A stretch of 60,095 nucleotides of DNA from Nitrosarchaeum sp. (GTDB lineage Archaea > Thermoproteota > Nitrososphaeria > Nitrososphaerales > Nitrosopumilaceae). A program made the translations under genes and the position numbers. Below, piece after piece: positions 38,474 through 48,023 of this stretch. The notes below the pieces were generated by a model that was given only the letters and a program-made list of their open reading frames with translations, did no database searches and was not told the origin of the DNA. Location: NCBI GenBank assembly GCA_020431985.1, contig JAGQHF010000084.1, positions 1 through 60,095 of the forward strand, written 5' to 3'. Numbering within the stretch: the stretch's first letter is position 1; each line of letters opens with the position of its first letter.

Positions 38474-38509
38474 CAGTATGCTTTATATCACACAGTATCA
38501 TTTTGATAC
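38474..38509. promoter_or_regulatory. Divergent promoter with TATA box and palindromic operator
   Basis: TTTATA at 38482-38487; GTATCA-TTT-TGATAC inverted repeat at 38495-38509; CAGTAT twice. Confidence 0.5.
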
Positions 38510-38520
38510 CGATATTAGGC

Positions 38521-39141
38521 ATGGAAACTCGTGAAAATATTATTCATCAGCTTATGAGTGGCCCCATGCACATAAATCAATTAGCTCGTAAATTTCCCAA
38601 CAACAAAGGAATACTCACTAAAGAATACAAGTCTATGATAAAAGAAGGCATCTTGGTGGAACACAAGTTCGGAAACAAAAAGATACTATCATTATCACAT
38701 GAACATCCAAAACCATATTTGGCATTTCAGCATGTGATGAGTTCACTTCCACTAGCAGAACAACGAGCAGATAAGATTCTAAAAAGATTGGAAAAGAAAA
38801 AGCCGTTATTCATACGTAGTGAGTTTAAAGAATTTGAAAAACTCCCAATGAAGATAAATCCTAGATGTAGAATCGATTTGAATCAGATACTAGAAATAAT
38901 CAATGATCTTGTTTCAAGATCAGTGGCATTGACTTATGCAGAGTGTTTGGACTCTTTTCCAAAGAATTCTGAAGGTGAAATAAAAAAATACCATAAGGAA
39001 TGTATCAGAACAATCAACATAATCATGGATAAATTAGAAAAGCAACACAAAGAGTCAGATATGGAGTTAAGCTCATATCTATACTATGGTGTTCAAGGAT
39101 ATAGATTCTTGTCAAGCCTTCTGTTCTTATCTAAAAACTAA
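38521..39141 (+). CDS. Winged-helix transcriptional regulator
   Basis: METRENIIHQLMSGPMHINQLARK...YKSMIKEGILVEHKFGNKKILSL wHTH pattern; start moved to ATG 38521. Confidence 0.6.
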   Translation: METRENIIHQLMSGPMHINQLARKFPNNKGILTKEYKSMIKEGILVEHKFGNKKILSLSHEHPKPYLAFQHVMSSLPLAEQRADKILKRLEKKKPLFIRSEFKEFEKLPMKINPRCRIDLNQILEIINDLVSRSVALTYAECLDSFPKNSEGEIKKYHKECIRTINIIMDKLEKQHKESDMELSSYLYYGVQGYRFLSSLLFLSKN

Positions 39142-40265
39142 GAAACATTTGCATTTTCAAGCAACAGGGTAATTTGTTCAAGTTTAGATTCTAAATGAGA
39201 TATTCTTCTATCTTTGTCTAATTCAAGATCATGAAGCTTCTTATTTTTGGTTTTGAGTTCTTCTTCTAATCTAAATTTTTCATCAATCATCAACTGTGGA
39301 ATTGCTTTTTGATACTCATCGAAGAGTTGTTCAATGACAGGTTTAAAGTAGGAATTATCAAGAGGAATTGTTTGAGAGTGTCCCATCAGTCGTTCTGCAA
39401 GACTCAGGTTGACGTTTCTGTTAGACTTTAGGATAGTATCAAATCTCTTTCTAAACCCATGACAAGACATTATCTGATATCTGCCGGATTTTGCCTTTTC
39501 ACGACCTAGGGACTTTCTAACATATCTGCCCAGAGTGGAGGTTATTGTCATTGCTGGAAGCGGCTTTGAAGGATTGGCAGGAGAACAGAAAACCCATGAT
39601 TCTGGGGTTAGTCTCTCGCCTTTTCTTGTTCTAGAGTCAAGATACTCCTGCAAGACCTCGACTGCCTCAGGATGGATAAAAGTATGATATTCGTGAATAG
39701 TATCTGCGTAGACCGTTACGGATTTGCAGTCATTAGGCATGTCAGACAAGTCTCGTAGTCTCATCTCTTCAAAACAGCCTACTCTTACGCCACTAGAGGC
39801 CATAAAATGAATCAGTGCCTTGTATTCTAGATAGATTGTATTTTGTAGTAAGATCTGAATTTGTTCAGTAGTGTATGCAGTTCCTCCAGAGTTTTTCTTC
39901 TTTTCAGGAAACATTTTTCTTAACTTGTCCCAGTTTAGGATGATGTCATTCATTGAAAAGAAGAGTTTGAGTGCAGATATTTTACCTGCAATGAGACTTG
40001 CAGACTTGTCTTGACTTTTGTGATAAATGACATAATCCTCTATCATTTCCTGTAGTTTCTTTGGTTCTATCTTTGTGAGACTATCGTGATTTTTGATTAT
40101 GAAATAGTGTAAAAACCCATCAAGATATTTCTGGTATTGCTGTTTTGTCTTTTCTGATTTTATCGCAGACTGGAATAGCAATAATGAGCGTTGATGGTTC
40201 ATCGAATTGAGTCTGGAATTGTGATTATTAACCAGCGGTTTTTGTGAGGATACCGATCTTGCCAT
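39138..40265 (-). CDS. Tyrosine recombinase/integrase
   Basis: Catalytic set SSGVR, HGFRKRF, LMGH, DNSY; N-terminal SAM-like domain; coiled-coil tail. Confidence 0.92.
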   Translation of the reverse strand: MARSVSSQKPLVNNHNSRLNSMNHQRSLLLFQSAIKSEKTKQQYQKYLDGFLHYFIIKNHDSLTKIEPKKLQEMIEDYVIYHKSQDKSASLIAGKISALKLFFSMNDIILNWDKLRKMFPEKKKNSGGTAYTTEQIQILLQNTIYLEYKALIHFMASSGVRVGCFEEMRLRDLSDMPNDCKSVTVYADTIHEYHTFIHPEAVEVLQEYLDSRTRKGERLTPESWVFCSPANPSKPLPAMTITSTLGRYVRKSLGREKAKSGRYQIMSCHGFRKRFDTILKSNRNVNLSLAERLMGHSQTIPLDNSYFKPVIEQLFDEYQKAIPQLMIDEKFRLEEELKTKNKKLHDLELDKDRRISHLESKLEQITLLLENANVS

Positions 40266-40277
40266 AGTATACTGAGT

Positions 40278-40300
40278 ATTCTAGGAATTTAATCAACAAA
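40278..40300 (-). repeat. Right sub-terminal inverted repeat, overlapping the integrase TATA-like box
   Basis: Minus strand TTTGTTGATTAAATTCCTAGAAT; TTAAAT lies 22-27 nt upstream of the integrase ATG. Confidence 0.7.
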
Positions 40301-40311
40301 TTTGTCTAATC

Positions 40312-40327
40312 AAACTGAATTTAAAGC
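40312..40327 (+). repeat. Putative attR
   Basis: AAACTGAATTTAAAGC, 14/16 identical to 35208-35223. Confidence 0.6.
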
Positions 40328-40341
40328 AATTGTGAGAAAGA

Positions 40342-40983
40342 TCACCAGACAGGTTCATCAACCATAACAAGTCCACTTTCTGTTACTTCAAAACCCATGA
40401 TTTTGAGCGTAGTTTGAGCTGAAGGAGTGTTTCTTTTTAGAATCTTTTCTGCCAAGTCAATTCTGTCTTTAGTTGAGATATGCTGACCAATTTTGTACTT
40501 ACCGTGCAGAATCTCTGGAACGATTTTGATTACTGCAACTCCATCCAAAACCCGCATAGTTGATTTGATTGGGTCATACATTCCTTCAGGTTGATATTTT
40601 TCCATCAAACCGTTTAGAGCCAAAGTTTTTTCTTCTTTATCAGTAACAAGATATGCGCTACCCTTGATCACTATGCTTATGTACAGTGTATCAGCAAGAG
40701 AGGCATTTGTAGGATCTTCAAAGTATGAAGGAAGGAATTCAAGTTCACGATCTGCTTCAAATCCCACCTTGTTGTTGCGTCCAATATTATCTAGTTTTTC
40801 ACCTCTTGTATGAGAATGCATGTAAATAGCATTATCAAGGAACACAAAGTTCATTGGGATGATTTGAGGGTAGCCATTTTCATCAATACTGGATATTCGT
40901 CCCACATGCTCCTCGTGCAAAAATTGTTTTACTCTTTGAAATGACCTAATCTGAAGAACTCCAACTAATTGCACAAACGTCAT
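40342..40983 (-). CDS. Pyridoxamine 5'-phosphate oxidase-family (NimA-like) flavin-binding protein
   Basis: VGRISS...YPQIIPMNFV...YMHS...GEKLDNI...YISIVIKG. Confidence 0.85.
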   Translation of the reverse strand: MTFVQLVGVLQIRSFQRVKQFLHEEHVGRISSIDENGYPQIIPMNFVFLDNAIYMHSHTRGEKLDNIGRNNKVGFEADRELEFLPSYFEDPTNASLADTLYISIVIKGSAYLVTDKEEKTLALNGLMEKYQPEGMYDPIKSTMRVLDGVAVIKIVPEILHGKYKIGQHISTKDRIDLAEKILKRNTPSAQTTLKIMGFEVTESGLVMVDEPVW

Positions 40984-41105
40984 CCATCAAATAATATTAT
41001 AAATCCATATCAAGATACAAATACACGTGTTTTAACTTGGAATGATCCTCAAGTTGAGTGCAAATCAATATCTAAACCATTAGAAAGAATTTAGGTGTTC
41101 TTTAT

Positions 41106-41333
41106 CTAGTCGCCAGATTGTCTTTTCATAAAGTTTTTTTCTGCATTTTTCATCCTTGCCGATTCTGCTACATCATAAGCCATATCATATAGGTGATGAA
41201 GCTGCAAGTCAGTAGTTAGTTCGTCTTCTTTGGCGTCATCAATGTTGTTTTCTATATCAGATAACAAATCCTCATTGTCATCTAAAATTTTCATACATTT
41301 TTCAATATCATCGATAAAATCTGCATCATCCAC
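41106..41333 (-). CDS. Acidic hypothetical protein
   Basis: ORF track; TTTAAT box about 25 nt upstream. Confidence 0.55.
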   Translation of the reverse strand: MDDADFIDDIEKCMKILDDNEDLLSDIENNIDDAKEDELTTDLQLHHLYDMAYDVAESARMKNAEKNFMKRQSGD

Positions 41334-41435
41334 ACAAGATAAGAAAAACCACTGGGATTAAAGCATTATATTTTAAAAATGGATTGAAGGAATTTACAGT
41401 AAAATTATGAAAATATCATGAATTTCAGTACAAAT

Positions 41436-42221
41436 CTAGCCCTTGAATCGATATACGTGATAAATTGCTTTAGAATCTTTGGATGTATACGTCCAGTTTT
41501 CCAATTCATTTGTAATGTCGATAAACATTTCTTGAACAGCAGGATGTAATCTATCAAATACGTCTTTACCCAACACAATCTGATTGGGTTGTGCAAGACC
41601 TTGTATTTTTGCAGCCATATTCATTGATGCCCCCAAAAGATCAACTAGCGAGCGGGTTTCATCAGAGCCATACTGGACTACAGTACTCGAACCAAAGTCA
41701 ATTCCAATTTTGATTTGTAATTGAGGAAAAGCAGATTCATTTTTGGTCAAGATTTCATTTATTCCGTGGTTTACGACTTTGAGCATAGATTCTGCGCAGC
41801 CAGCTGCATCATCTGCAGCTTGAAGCTTGCTGCCCTTACCAACAAAATATCCTATAACTGCATCACCAGAAAATTTCAGTACAAAGCCTCCACATTGGCT
41901 AATTACATATGACATTTCTTGTACAAAGGAACTAATTATTACAGAAAGTTTTTCAGGTGGAAGACTAAGACTAAGCTTTGTTGAGCCAACTAGGTCAACG
42001 TAAATGACTGCCATCTCAACTTGTTCAAATACATGTTTGCGTAGAAAGTCTTCAGATGCATCAACGATTCTAGAATATTTGTACCCATGCTTTAGAGATT
42101 CAGATATACGATCTTGGACATTTTTTATGAGGGTTTCTGAATCCACCGTTTTATTTTCGGTCTTGCCTAACAACATGTCAATGATGCTATTTGAGTGAGA
42201 GATATTTGTAGGACTTGCCAC
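41436..42221 (-). CDS. Class III adenylate/guanylate cyclase
   Basis: YVDLVGST, KFSGDAV, KIGIDFG, GASMNMAAKIQ; start uncertain (GTG 42221 proposed). Confidence 0.85.
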   Translation of the reverse strand: MASPTNISHSNSIIDMLLGKTENKTVDSETLIKNVQDRISESLKHGYKYSRIVDASEDFLRKHVFEQVEMAVIYVDLVGSTKLSLSLPPEKLSVIISSFVQEMSYVISQCGGFVLKFSGDAVIGYFVGKGSKLQAADDAAGCAESMLKVVNHGINEILTKNESAFPQLQIKIGIDFGSSTVVQYGSDETRSLVDLLGASMNMAAKIQGLAQPNQIVLGKDVFDRLHPAVQEMFIDITNELENWTYTSKDSKAIYHVYRFKG

Positions 42222-42409
42222 TCTTTTGAATGGAAAAAAATTGATACTTATTGTTTTGGTATTTTGTAACAAGGGACAACCTTGAATCAGAATAATTGCA
42301 AGAAAGTTCATAAAATTATCAAATTTAACTGAAAAAACATAATTTTTAGTTCATTACAAAACAACAACAATTCACATACAGGAAAAAATAAAAGCAATCA
42401 ATACAATAC

Positions 42410-42760
42410 TTGTTTGTGGCTCTTGTTTGTTATCATGGAAATAATCCTCATGTGATTAACCAAGACAGGGCAGATTTGGTACTCAATGCCATTTCCGATT
42501 CTGAGAGAAGAAGAATAATCACATCAGTAAAGAATGACTTTAAAACTGCTCATCAGATATCAGAAGAAACTGGAATTCCCATTGGCACAACATATAGAAA
42601 GATAAGGGAATTGTATGAAAAGAATTTGCTTATTTCTTCAGGTAAAATCAATAGCCACGGTAGAAAAGAGTTTGCATATAAAAGCAAAATTCAGAGAATA
42701 GAGATGATTTTTGAAAACGATATTCTTGACATTAAAATATACACCAATTTACGTGATTGA
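42410..42760 (+). CDS. Winged-helix (ArsR-like) regulator
   Basis: LNAISDSERRRII...ISEETGIPIGTTYRKIREL; start uncertain. Confidence 0.78.
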   Translation: MFVALVCYHGNNPHVINQDRADLVLNAISDSERRRIITSVKNDFKTAHQISEETGIPIGTTYRKIRELYEKNLLISSGKINSHGRKEFAYKSKIQRIEMIFENDILDIKIYTNLRD

Positions 42761-42925
42761 ATTTTAGATCAACAGAATATGAAAATTATTTGTGTTTTCA
42801 AGTTTAGGGATTTTAGAAAAAATCTATAGAAATTTTGTAAAGTGTCTATATTCATATATGGCACAATAGCATAAATTCATATTTATGAACAATGATCTTT
42901 AATACTAGTACACACTAAGAAATTT

Positions 42926-43057
42926 ATGAAATCATCATACATTAAACAAGAACAAAACAAAGTAATTCTCTTGTCATGTGGATGCATAATTAAGGATCAA
43001 ACTGCAGAATTAGAAAAAATGTGTAAGCAACATGAAGAAGCCTATTTTATGAGCTGA
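42926..43057 (+). CDS. 43-aa micro-protein (CGC...CxxH)
   Basis: MKSSYIKQEQNKVILLSCGCIIKDQTAELEKMCKQHEEAYFMS; TTTAAT about 24 nt upstream. Confidence 0.5.
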   Translation: MKSSYIKQEQNKVILLSCGCIIKDQTAELEKMCKQHEEAYFMS

Positions 43058-43111
43058 ATAACCACATCTGGGAATTATATTCATAACAGTAGCGATTCCA
43101 AGCTCCAAACA

Positions 43112-43240
43112 CTATAGATATTTGTCCTGAGAGTCAACGATTTGGTGAATCATTTTTCGATACACGTCAGCATAAAGAGTGTTTTTTAAGATTTCTTGCT
43201 CATTTTTGTTTTGGAGTGACTTACTAGAGATTTGGTCCAT
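43112..43240 (-). CDS. 42-aa hypothetical micro-protein
   Basis: MDQISSKSLQNKNEQEILKNTLYADVYRKMIHQIVDSQDKYL, read by hand. Confidence 0.35.
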   Translation of the reverse strand: MDQISSKSLQNKNEQEILKNTLYADVYRKMIHQIVDSQDKYL

Positions 43241-43349
43241 GTGAGAGTATGTGAGAACACATCAAAAAAGGACAAGGTATGAAAAGTTGACCTTTTGCAA
43301 TACAAATTTTTGCAAAATTATAGAATGTAAAAAGATTTGAGGGATAACC

Positions 43350-44450
43350 TCATTGCTGGAATTTTTCTCGCAGATAAGGCATCACGTGGCTTGCAAACTT
43401 GTCAATAGAACCGAAATAGTTCTTGCCCCAGAATCTAATGACAAAGTGATTTACTCCTGCTTTGATGAATCTTTCAAAGGTTGGAATCATATCATCAGGA
43501 GTTCCAATGGCAGTAGATGAACGAGCAATGGCATCAGGTATTTTTGTAGCTGCCTCTCTCATCTTTACAATCCAATCTTGGTTGGACATTGAATATTCGG
43601 TAAAGTATTTGACAAAATCAAATCCTTCGATTTCTTTTAGTCCATGCACTCTCAACACCTCGGGTTTGAATAAGCTGACCTTTACTGCCTCTTTCATTTT
43701 AGCCCAAGACTCTTCTGCATCTTCTGAAAAGTAGACATCAATATCTAAGGCCATTTGGAAATTGTCCTTTTCCTCCTGGGTTCTATTGTGTTTGTCCATT
43801 GATGTGATTATTTGTTTTCTGTGATCCTCAAATAGTTCTGGAGTGTACCCTATTGGTAACCATCCTTCGCCAAGCTGTCCTGTAAGTTCAAGAGTTTTTT
43901 TACCTCCTGCAGCCATGTATGTTGGTGGATGGGGTTTCCTAATTGGAGGAGCTTGTAAACACGCTCCTTCTAATTTGTAATATTTTCCGTCATAATCCAC
44001 AGTGTTGTCAGGTGTTGAACCGTATAGTGTTTTGATTAGTTGAATTTGTTCTGCCCATTTTGTAACAGGTTTTTCAAAAGGAATGCAGAATTCTTTGAGG
44101 TTTTGTGCTTCACCAGCCCCAATTCCCAAAATTGCTCTTCCTTTAGAAACTCTATCAAGAGTAATTGCTGCCAGTGCAATATTTGATGGATGCCTTCTGA
44201 TTGCGTCAGTAACGCATGTTCCTAGTTCTACATTATTTGTAACTGCAGCAATTGCAGATAGCATAACCCATGGATCTAAAACTATGGCATTTTTCCATTG
44301 TGGGACGTTTGTGTGGTCCATATAGAAAATAGAGTCATAGCCAGTCTTGTCTGCAAGCATGCAGGCAGTAAGGATTTGATCTTCAGTATAACCTGCTCTT
44401 GCTACGTTTAAGCCGTTTTGGATTCCGAACTTTAATTTATTTTGAGTCAT
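43350..44450 (-). CDS. LLM-class flavin/F420-dependent oxidoreductase
   Basis: GYDSIFYMDH, DPWVMLSAIA, LDRVSKGRAILGIGAG. Confidence 0.88.
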   Translation of the reverse strand: MTQNKLKFGIQNGLNVARAGYTEDQILTACMLADKTGYDSIFYMDHTNVPQWKNAIVLDPWVMLSAIAAVTNNVELGTCVTDAIRRHPSNIALAAITLDRVSKGRAILGIGAGEAQNLKEFCIPFEKPVTKWAEQIQLIKTLYGSTPDNTVDYDGKYYKLEGACLQAPPIRKPHPPTYMAAGGKKTLELTGQLGEGWLPIGYTPELFEDHRKQIITSMDKHNRTQEEKDNFQMALDIDVYFSEDAEESWAKMKEAVKVSLFKPEVLRVHGLKEIEGFDFVKYFTEYSMSNQDWIVKMREAATKIPDAIARSSTAIGTPDDMIPTFERFIKAGVNHFVIRFWGKNYFGSIDKFASHVMPYLREKFQQ

Positions 44451-44547
44451 CTACCTTATCGATAAACTGTTAGAATAAAAAGTTTAGTTCAGTGGCTTAT
44501 TTCGTAAAAATTTAAAAAAATAGAAAAAATGTGAAAAATGGTGTTTT

Positions 44548-45492
44548 TTAGAGATTGCCTGCTTTAATATCCTCAAGACATTTGACGACATCTTCCTTAG
44601 AGATAGGAATTGGATTCGGATCCAGATGACCTCGGTCAGTCATGACCACATCTGCCGCTTCAGAAACATCTGCTTTAAGCTCGAGTTTGTCAAAGCCCAG
44701 TTTTTCCATGCATTCCTTGAATCTATCATAGAAAATAGACTTGTTGTGCTTGTGTGCAACCGTGGTGCAAGAAGAGAGAGAGTATCCATGTGGAACTCCT
44801 TCATTTGAGAACACATATGACAATGCATGACCCAAGGTTGTGGAGCAGTTTCCAAATCCCATGCCAGACAGCATTGAACCATATGGATAGTTTTCGGGTT
44901 TGTCATTCATGATTGCATCATATAGGATTTCGAATGCTTGTTTACACAGTGTTCGCGTTAGGTCATTACCAAGTTTACTGTCATAACCTTCTGTAGCTTG
45001 AGCACAAGCGTCACAGACAGAATTCTTTATGACTTGATCAGGAGTTCCTTCCATAAAATATGAATCTACGACTGCCATGTCAGCTAGGAATCTATCTTCG
45101 CGCAGCAATTTCTTTTTTCCATCAAACTTTAGTACGCAATAAGTTGTCATTTCAGCTCCAGTTCCAAATGTGGTAGGAATTAGAATTTTTTCTTTTTTCA
45201 TTTCAGGAGCAGCATATTTGACTACATCCATTGAGCTTCCACCGCCAAGTCCTATCAAGACTGAGGGATTTTTTTCCTTGTATTGTGAAATAACAGCATT
45301 TACATCTTCAATTGATGGTTCAGGCTTTACTTGGTCATACAGCATGTAATCCTTTATTCCCATTTTGCTAATCCATTTATCAGATAACGCAGGAGGAACA
45401 GTTGTCACAATTAGTGCATTTTTTGGATACTCTGTTTCACCAAGTGCATTTTTCCCAAAGTTGATAACTTTAGGAATACGTACTGTGTGCAT
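44548..45492 (-). CDS. Iron-containing alcohol dehydrogenase; candidate malonic semialdehyde reductase of the 3HP/4HB cycle
   Basis: GGGSSMDVVK, PTTFGTGAE, GHALSY, VPHG motifs; specific function inferred from lineage. Confidence 0.78.
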   Translation of the reverse strand: MHTVRIPKVINFGKNALGETEYPKNALIVTTVPPALSDKWISKMGIKDYMLYDQVKPEPSIEDVNAVISQYKEKNPSVLIGLGGGSSMDVVKYAAPEMKKEKILIPTTFGTGAEMTTYCVLKFDGKKKLLREDRFLADMAVVDSYFMEGTPDQVIKNSVCDACAQATEGYDSKLGNDLTRTLCKQAFEILYDAIMNDKPENYPYGSMLSGMGFGNCSTTLGHALSYVFSNEGVPHGYSLSSCTTVAHKHNKSIFYDRFKECMEKLGFDKLELKADVSEAADVVMTDRGHLDPNPIPISKEDVVKCLEDIKAGNL

Positions 45493-45543
45493 AAATCAAC
45501 AGCATCGTTGATTCTTATTATATCTTGCAGTGTAAGAAGCTGT

Positions 45544-46821
45544 ATGTTTATAGAAAATTATGATGATCTTGCAACAACAAACAAGAAAAAACATGTTTTG
45601 GACATATTGGAATCAGGTTTGGGTGGTGCCAATCCAGATATAGTAGTTCCAAGATTTGTGACGCCTAAGAGGATCATGATCAATCATGAGAGTATTGAAC
45701 TTGACAAGTTTTCCAATATTTACACAGTGGCCTTTGGAAAGGCAGGAGATACAATGACTAGGGCTTTAAACAAAATCATTCCAATAAAAAGCGGGATTAT
45801 TGTCATACCAAAGGGCTCAAGATCCAAAATCAAGAGCAAAAAATTTCAGATTTTTAATTCAGGTCATCCTAAACCCAACAGTACAAGTGTAAAAGCAGCA
45901 AAAGAAGTTGTAAAGTTTGTTCAGAATCGAAAATCAGATGAACTTGTAATTTTTCTAGTTTCAGGAGGCAGTTCGGCCCTGATGGCAATTCCTGATGACA
46001 TTACATTAGATGACAAAATTCACGTAACAGACTTACTTTTAAGATCAGGTGCAACTATACAAGAATTCAACTGTGTCAGAAAACACATCTCAAAAATAAA
46101 AGGGGGAAAATTAGTTGAGAATCTGAGATGTGATGCAGTAGGACTCATAATGTCAGATGTGGAAGGAGATGACTTGTCCGCAATTGCTTCGGGGATTACG
46201 TACATGGATAATACTACCTTTGAAGATGCTGAACGAATAATTCAAAAATATAACCTGACAAGAAAAATTTCTCCAGCAGTGCAGCAGAGAATCAGGCAAG
46301 GGGTTTTAGGGCACATTCCAGAAACCCCAAAAAAACCAGTAATTCCAAACATAATCATTGCAAACAACAAGAATTGTCTTGATGCGATGGAAGAACATTC
46401 CAAAAAATTAGGTTACAAAACAAAAAAGATCCAGGTTTACGGAAACATAAAGAATGCTGTAAAAAAGATCCTCGATGAAATTCCGGAAGAGAAAAACGAG
46501 TGTTTAATTTTTGGAGGAGAAACAACAGTAGAAGTATTAGGAAAAGGAAGCGGAGGGAGAAACCATGAAATGGTTTTACGAATTTTAAAAAATACACTAC
46601 AGAGAAAAAATCTTGTCATTGCATCGATTGGTACAGATGGAATTGATGGTAATACTTTGTTTGCAGGGGCAATATCAGAAAATTTGAAAACTGATAGCGA
46701 TACGATTAAAGAATTCTTAAAAAATAGCGATTCGGCTAGATTTTTTCAAAAAAAACAAAGTAACATAAAAACAGGTTTTACTCACTTCAATCTGATGGAT
46801 ATAGGAATAATACTTACTTAG
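45544..46821 (+). CDS. Glycerate 2-kinase (MOFRL family)
   Basis: FGKA, GHPKP, SGGSSAL, SDVEGDD...IASG, GGETTV...GGRN, GTDGIDG. Confidence 0.88.
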   Translation: MFIENYDDLATTNKKKHVLDILESGLGGANPDIVVPRFVTPKRIMINHESIELDKFSNIYTVAFGKAGDTMTRALNKIIPIKSGIIVIPKGSRSKIKSKKFQIFNSGHPKPNSTSVKAAKEVVKFVQNRKSDELVIFLVSGGSSALMAIPDDITLDDKIHVTDLLLRSGATIQEFNCVRKHISKIKGGKLVENLRCDAVGLIMSDVEGDDLSAIASGITYMDNTTFEDAERIIQKYNLTRKISPAVQQRIRQGVLGHIPETPKKPVIPNIIIANNKNCLDAMEEHSKKLGYKTKKIQVYGNIKNAVKKILDEIPEEKNECLIFGGETTVEVLGKGSGGRNHEMVLRILKNTLQRKNLVIASIGTDGIDGNTLFAGAISENLKTDSDTIKEFLKNSDSARFFQKKQSNIKTGFTHFNLMDIGIILT

Positions 46822-46824
46822 ATA

Positions 46825-47622
46825 TCAGATTCTAGCAATACTTAGTCTTGATCTAGCAGTCATGCCAACAATTGAGATGACAGCTATGGTAAGTATTACT
46901 ACGGCTATTGCTCCAAATTCGGGCACCACTACGCCATTAATCACTTCTACTTGAACACTGGCTTTAAGTTCCGAGGCATCTCCTTGCAGAGCAGTAACAG
47001 TATACGCCCCATCTTCTTTCCAGAGAGGACCACCAATTTTTACTTTGGTCGAGAAATCACCATTCGTATTTGGGGTGACTTGTGCCACAGTTATAAGATT
47101 TCCAGATGGTGAATAAAGTGTAAGACTCACATCGCGGCCAGTCCAAATTGTTTTACCCTTAATGTGGATTTCAGTATCACCAGCCATTGCATTTGAGACA
47201 ATATACAAATCAGAACCAACTTTGTTTTCCTGAGAGGGTTTTGTATTCATTATTCCACCCAAAGTATTGTCACCCGATACGGTAAACTGGATTTTTGCAG
47301 AACCAGAAACTTGTTCGTGAGTTGCTACAACAGTATATGTACCCTCTTTGAAGCTAGGAATTGTCGGATGTATTAATCTCTTAAAAATACCATCATCGTC
47401 AAAACTAACTGTAGGTGAATATACTACTTCTCCGTCGGGTGCAGTAACGGTAAGCTTTACAGGTATGAATGATTGTACATCAGTTACTTTACCATAAACT
47501 AAAACGCTGTCAAGAGCATCAATATTGTTTTGGTTTGAGTCCAGTTGGATAGAAGGTTCTGCAAATGCAAATAACGGGGTTAATGAAACGGCAAGTAAAA
47601 CAAACAGCACTATTTTGAGCAC
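46825..47622 (-). CDS. PEFG-CTERM sorting-domain surface protein
   Basis: Signal peptide; VVPEFG followed by a TM helix. Confidence 0.88.
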   Translation of the reverse strand: MLKIVLFVLLAVSLTPLFAFAEPSIQLDSNQNNIDALDSVLVYGKVTDVQSFIPVKLTVTAPDGEVVYSPTVSFDDDGIFKRLIHPTIPSFKEGTYTVVATHEQVSGSAKIQFTVSGDNTLGGIMNTKPSQENKVGSDLYIVSNAMAGDTEIHIKGKTIWTGRDVSLTLYSPSGNLITVAQVTPNTNGDFSTKVKIGGPLWKEDGAYTVTALQGDASELKASVQVEVINGVVVPEFGAIAVVILTIAVISIVGMTARSRLSIARI

Positions 47623-47689
47623 TTGTCTATTCCGTTAAGAGTGTATATGAAGTTTTATCCTCTTAGAGATTAAATTTTTAAGAATAGAA

Positions 47690-47797
47690 CTAATTTGTCA
47701 AGACAAGCGGGTTTTCCGTCTGAAGTTTTTGTTTCCTCAATTTGGCAATTACCATGGCCAGTTGAGCTTCATGGATCTCATCGAGTGTTTCACACAT
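47690..47797 (-). CDS. 35-aa micro-protein
   Basis: MCETLDEIHEAQLAMVIAKLRKQKLQTENPLVLTN; TATTAA about 25 nt upstream. Confidence 0.45.
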   Translation of the reverse strand: MCETLDEIHEAQLAMVIAKLRKQKLQTENPLVLTN

Positions 47798-48023
47798 GAC
47801 ATTTGTGCTGTACTAGACTACTTAATAATTACTAAGTATAACATACAAGAAAACGTAGAATTCTGTGAATTGACATTGAAAAAAGAATCGAAAAACAAGC
47901 CATTCAAATACGATGATTGTGTAATATCTGCATGTCCAAGACACATTCGTGTACAGAACCTAATTGCTTGTGTTCATGCCACAAAGAGACAAAATTTAGA
48001 AGGGGAAATATCAGGAATTAGAT

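Larger units (their letters stand above)
35208..40327. mobile_element. ~5.1-kb integrated plasmid-like element (tyrosine integrase + HUH Rep + HEPN cargo)
   Basis: Integrase at one end; Rep; flanking 14/16 direct repeat (35208-35223 / 40312-40327) and sub-terminal inverted repeats (35229-35251 / 40278-40300). Confidence 0.82.

Noticed and set aside
35192-40341. tRNA gene as integration target, or a provirus
   Set aside because: No tRNA-like cloverleaf at either boundary; no recognisable capsid, packaging or spike genes
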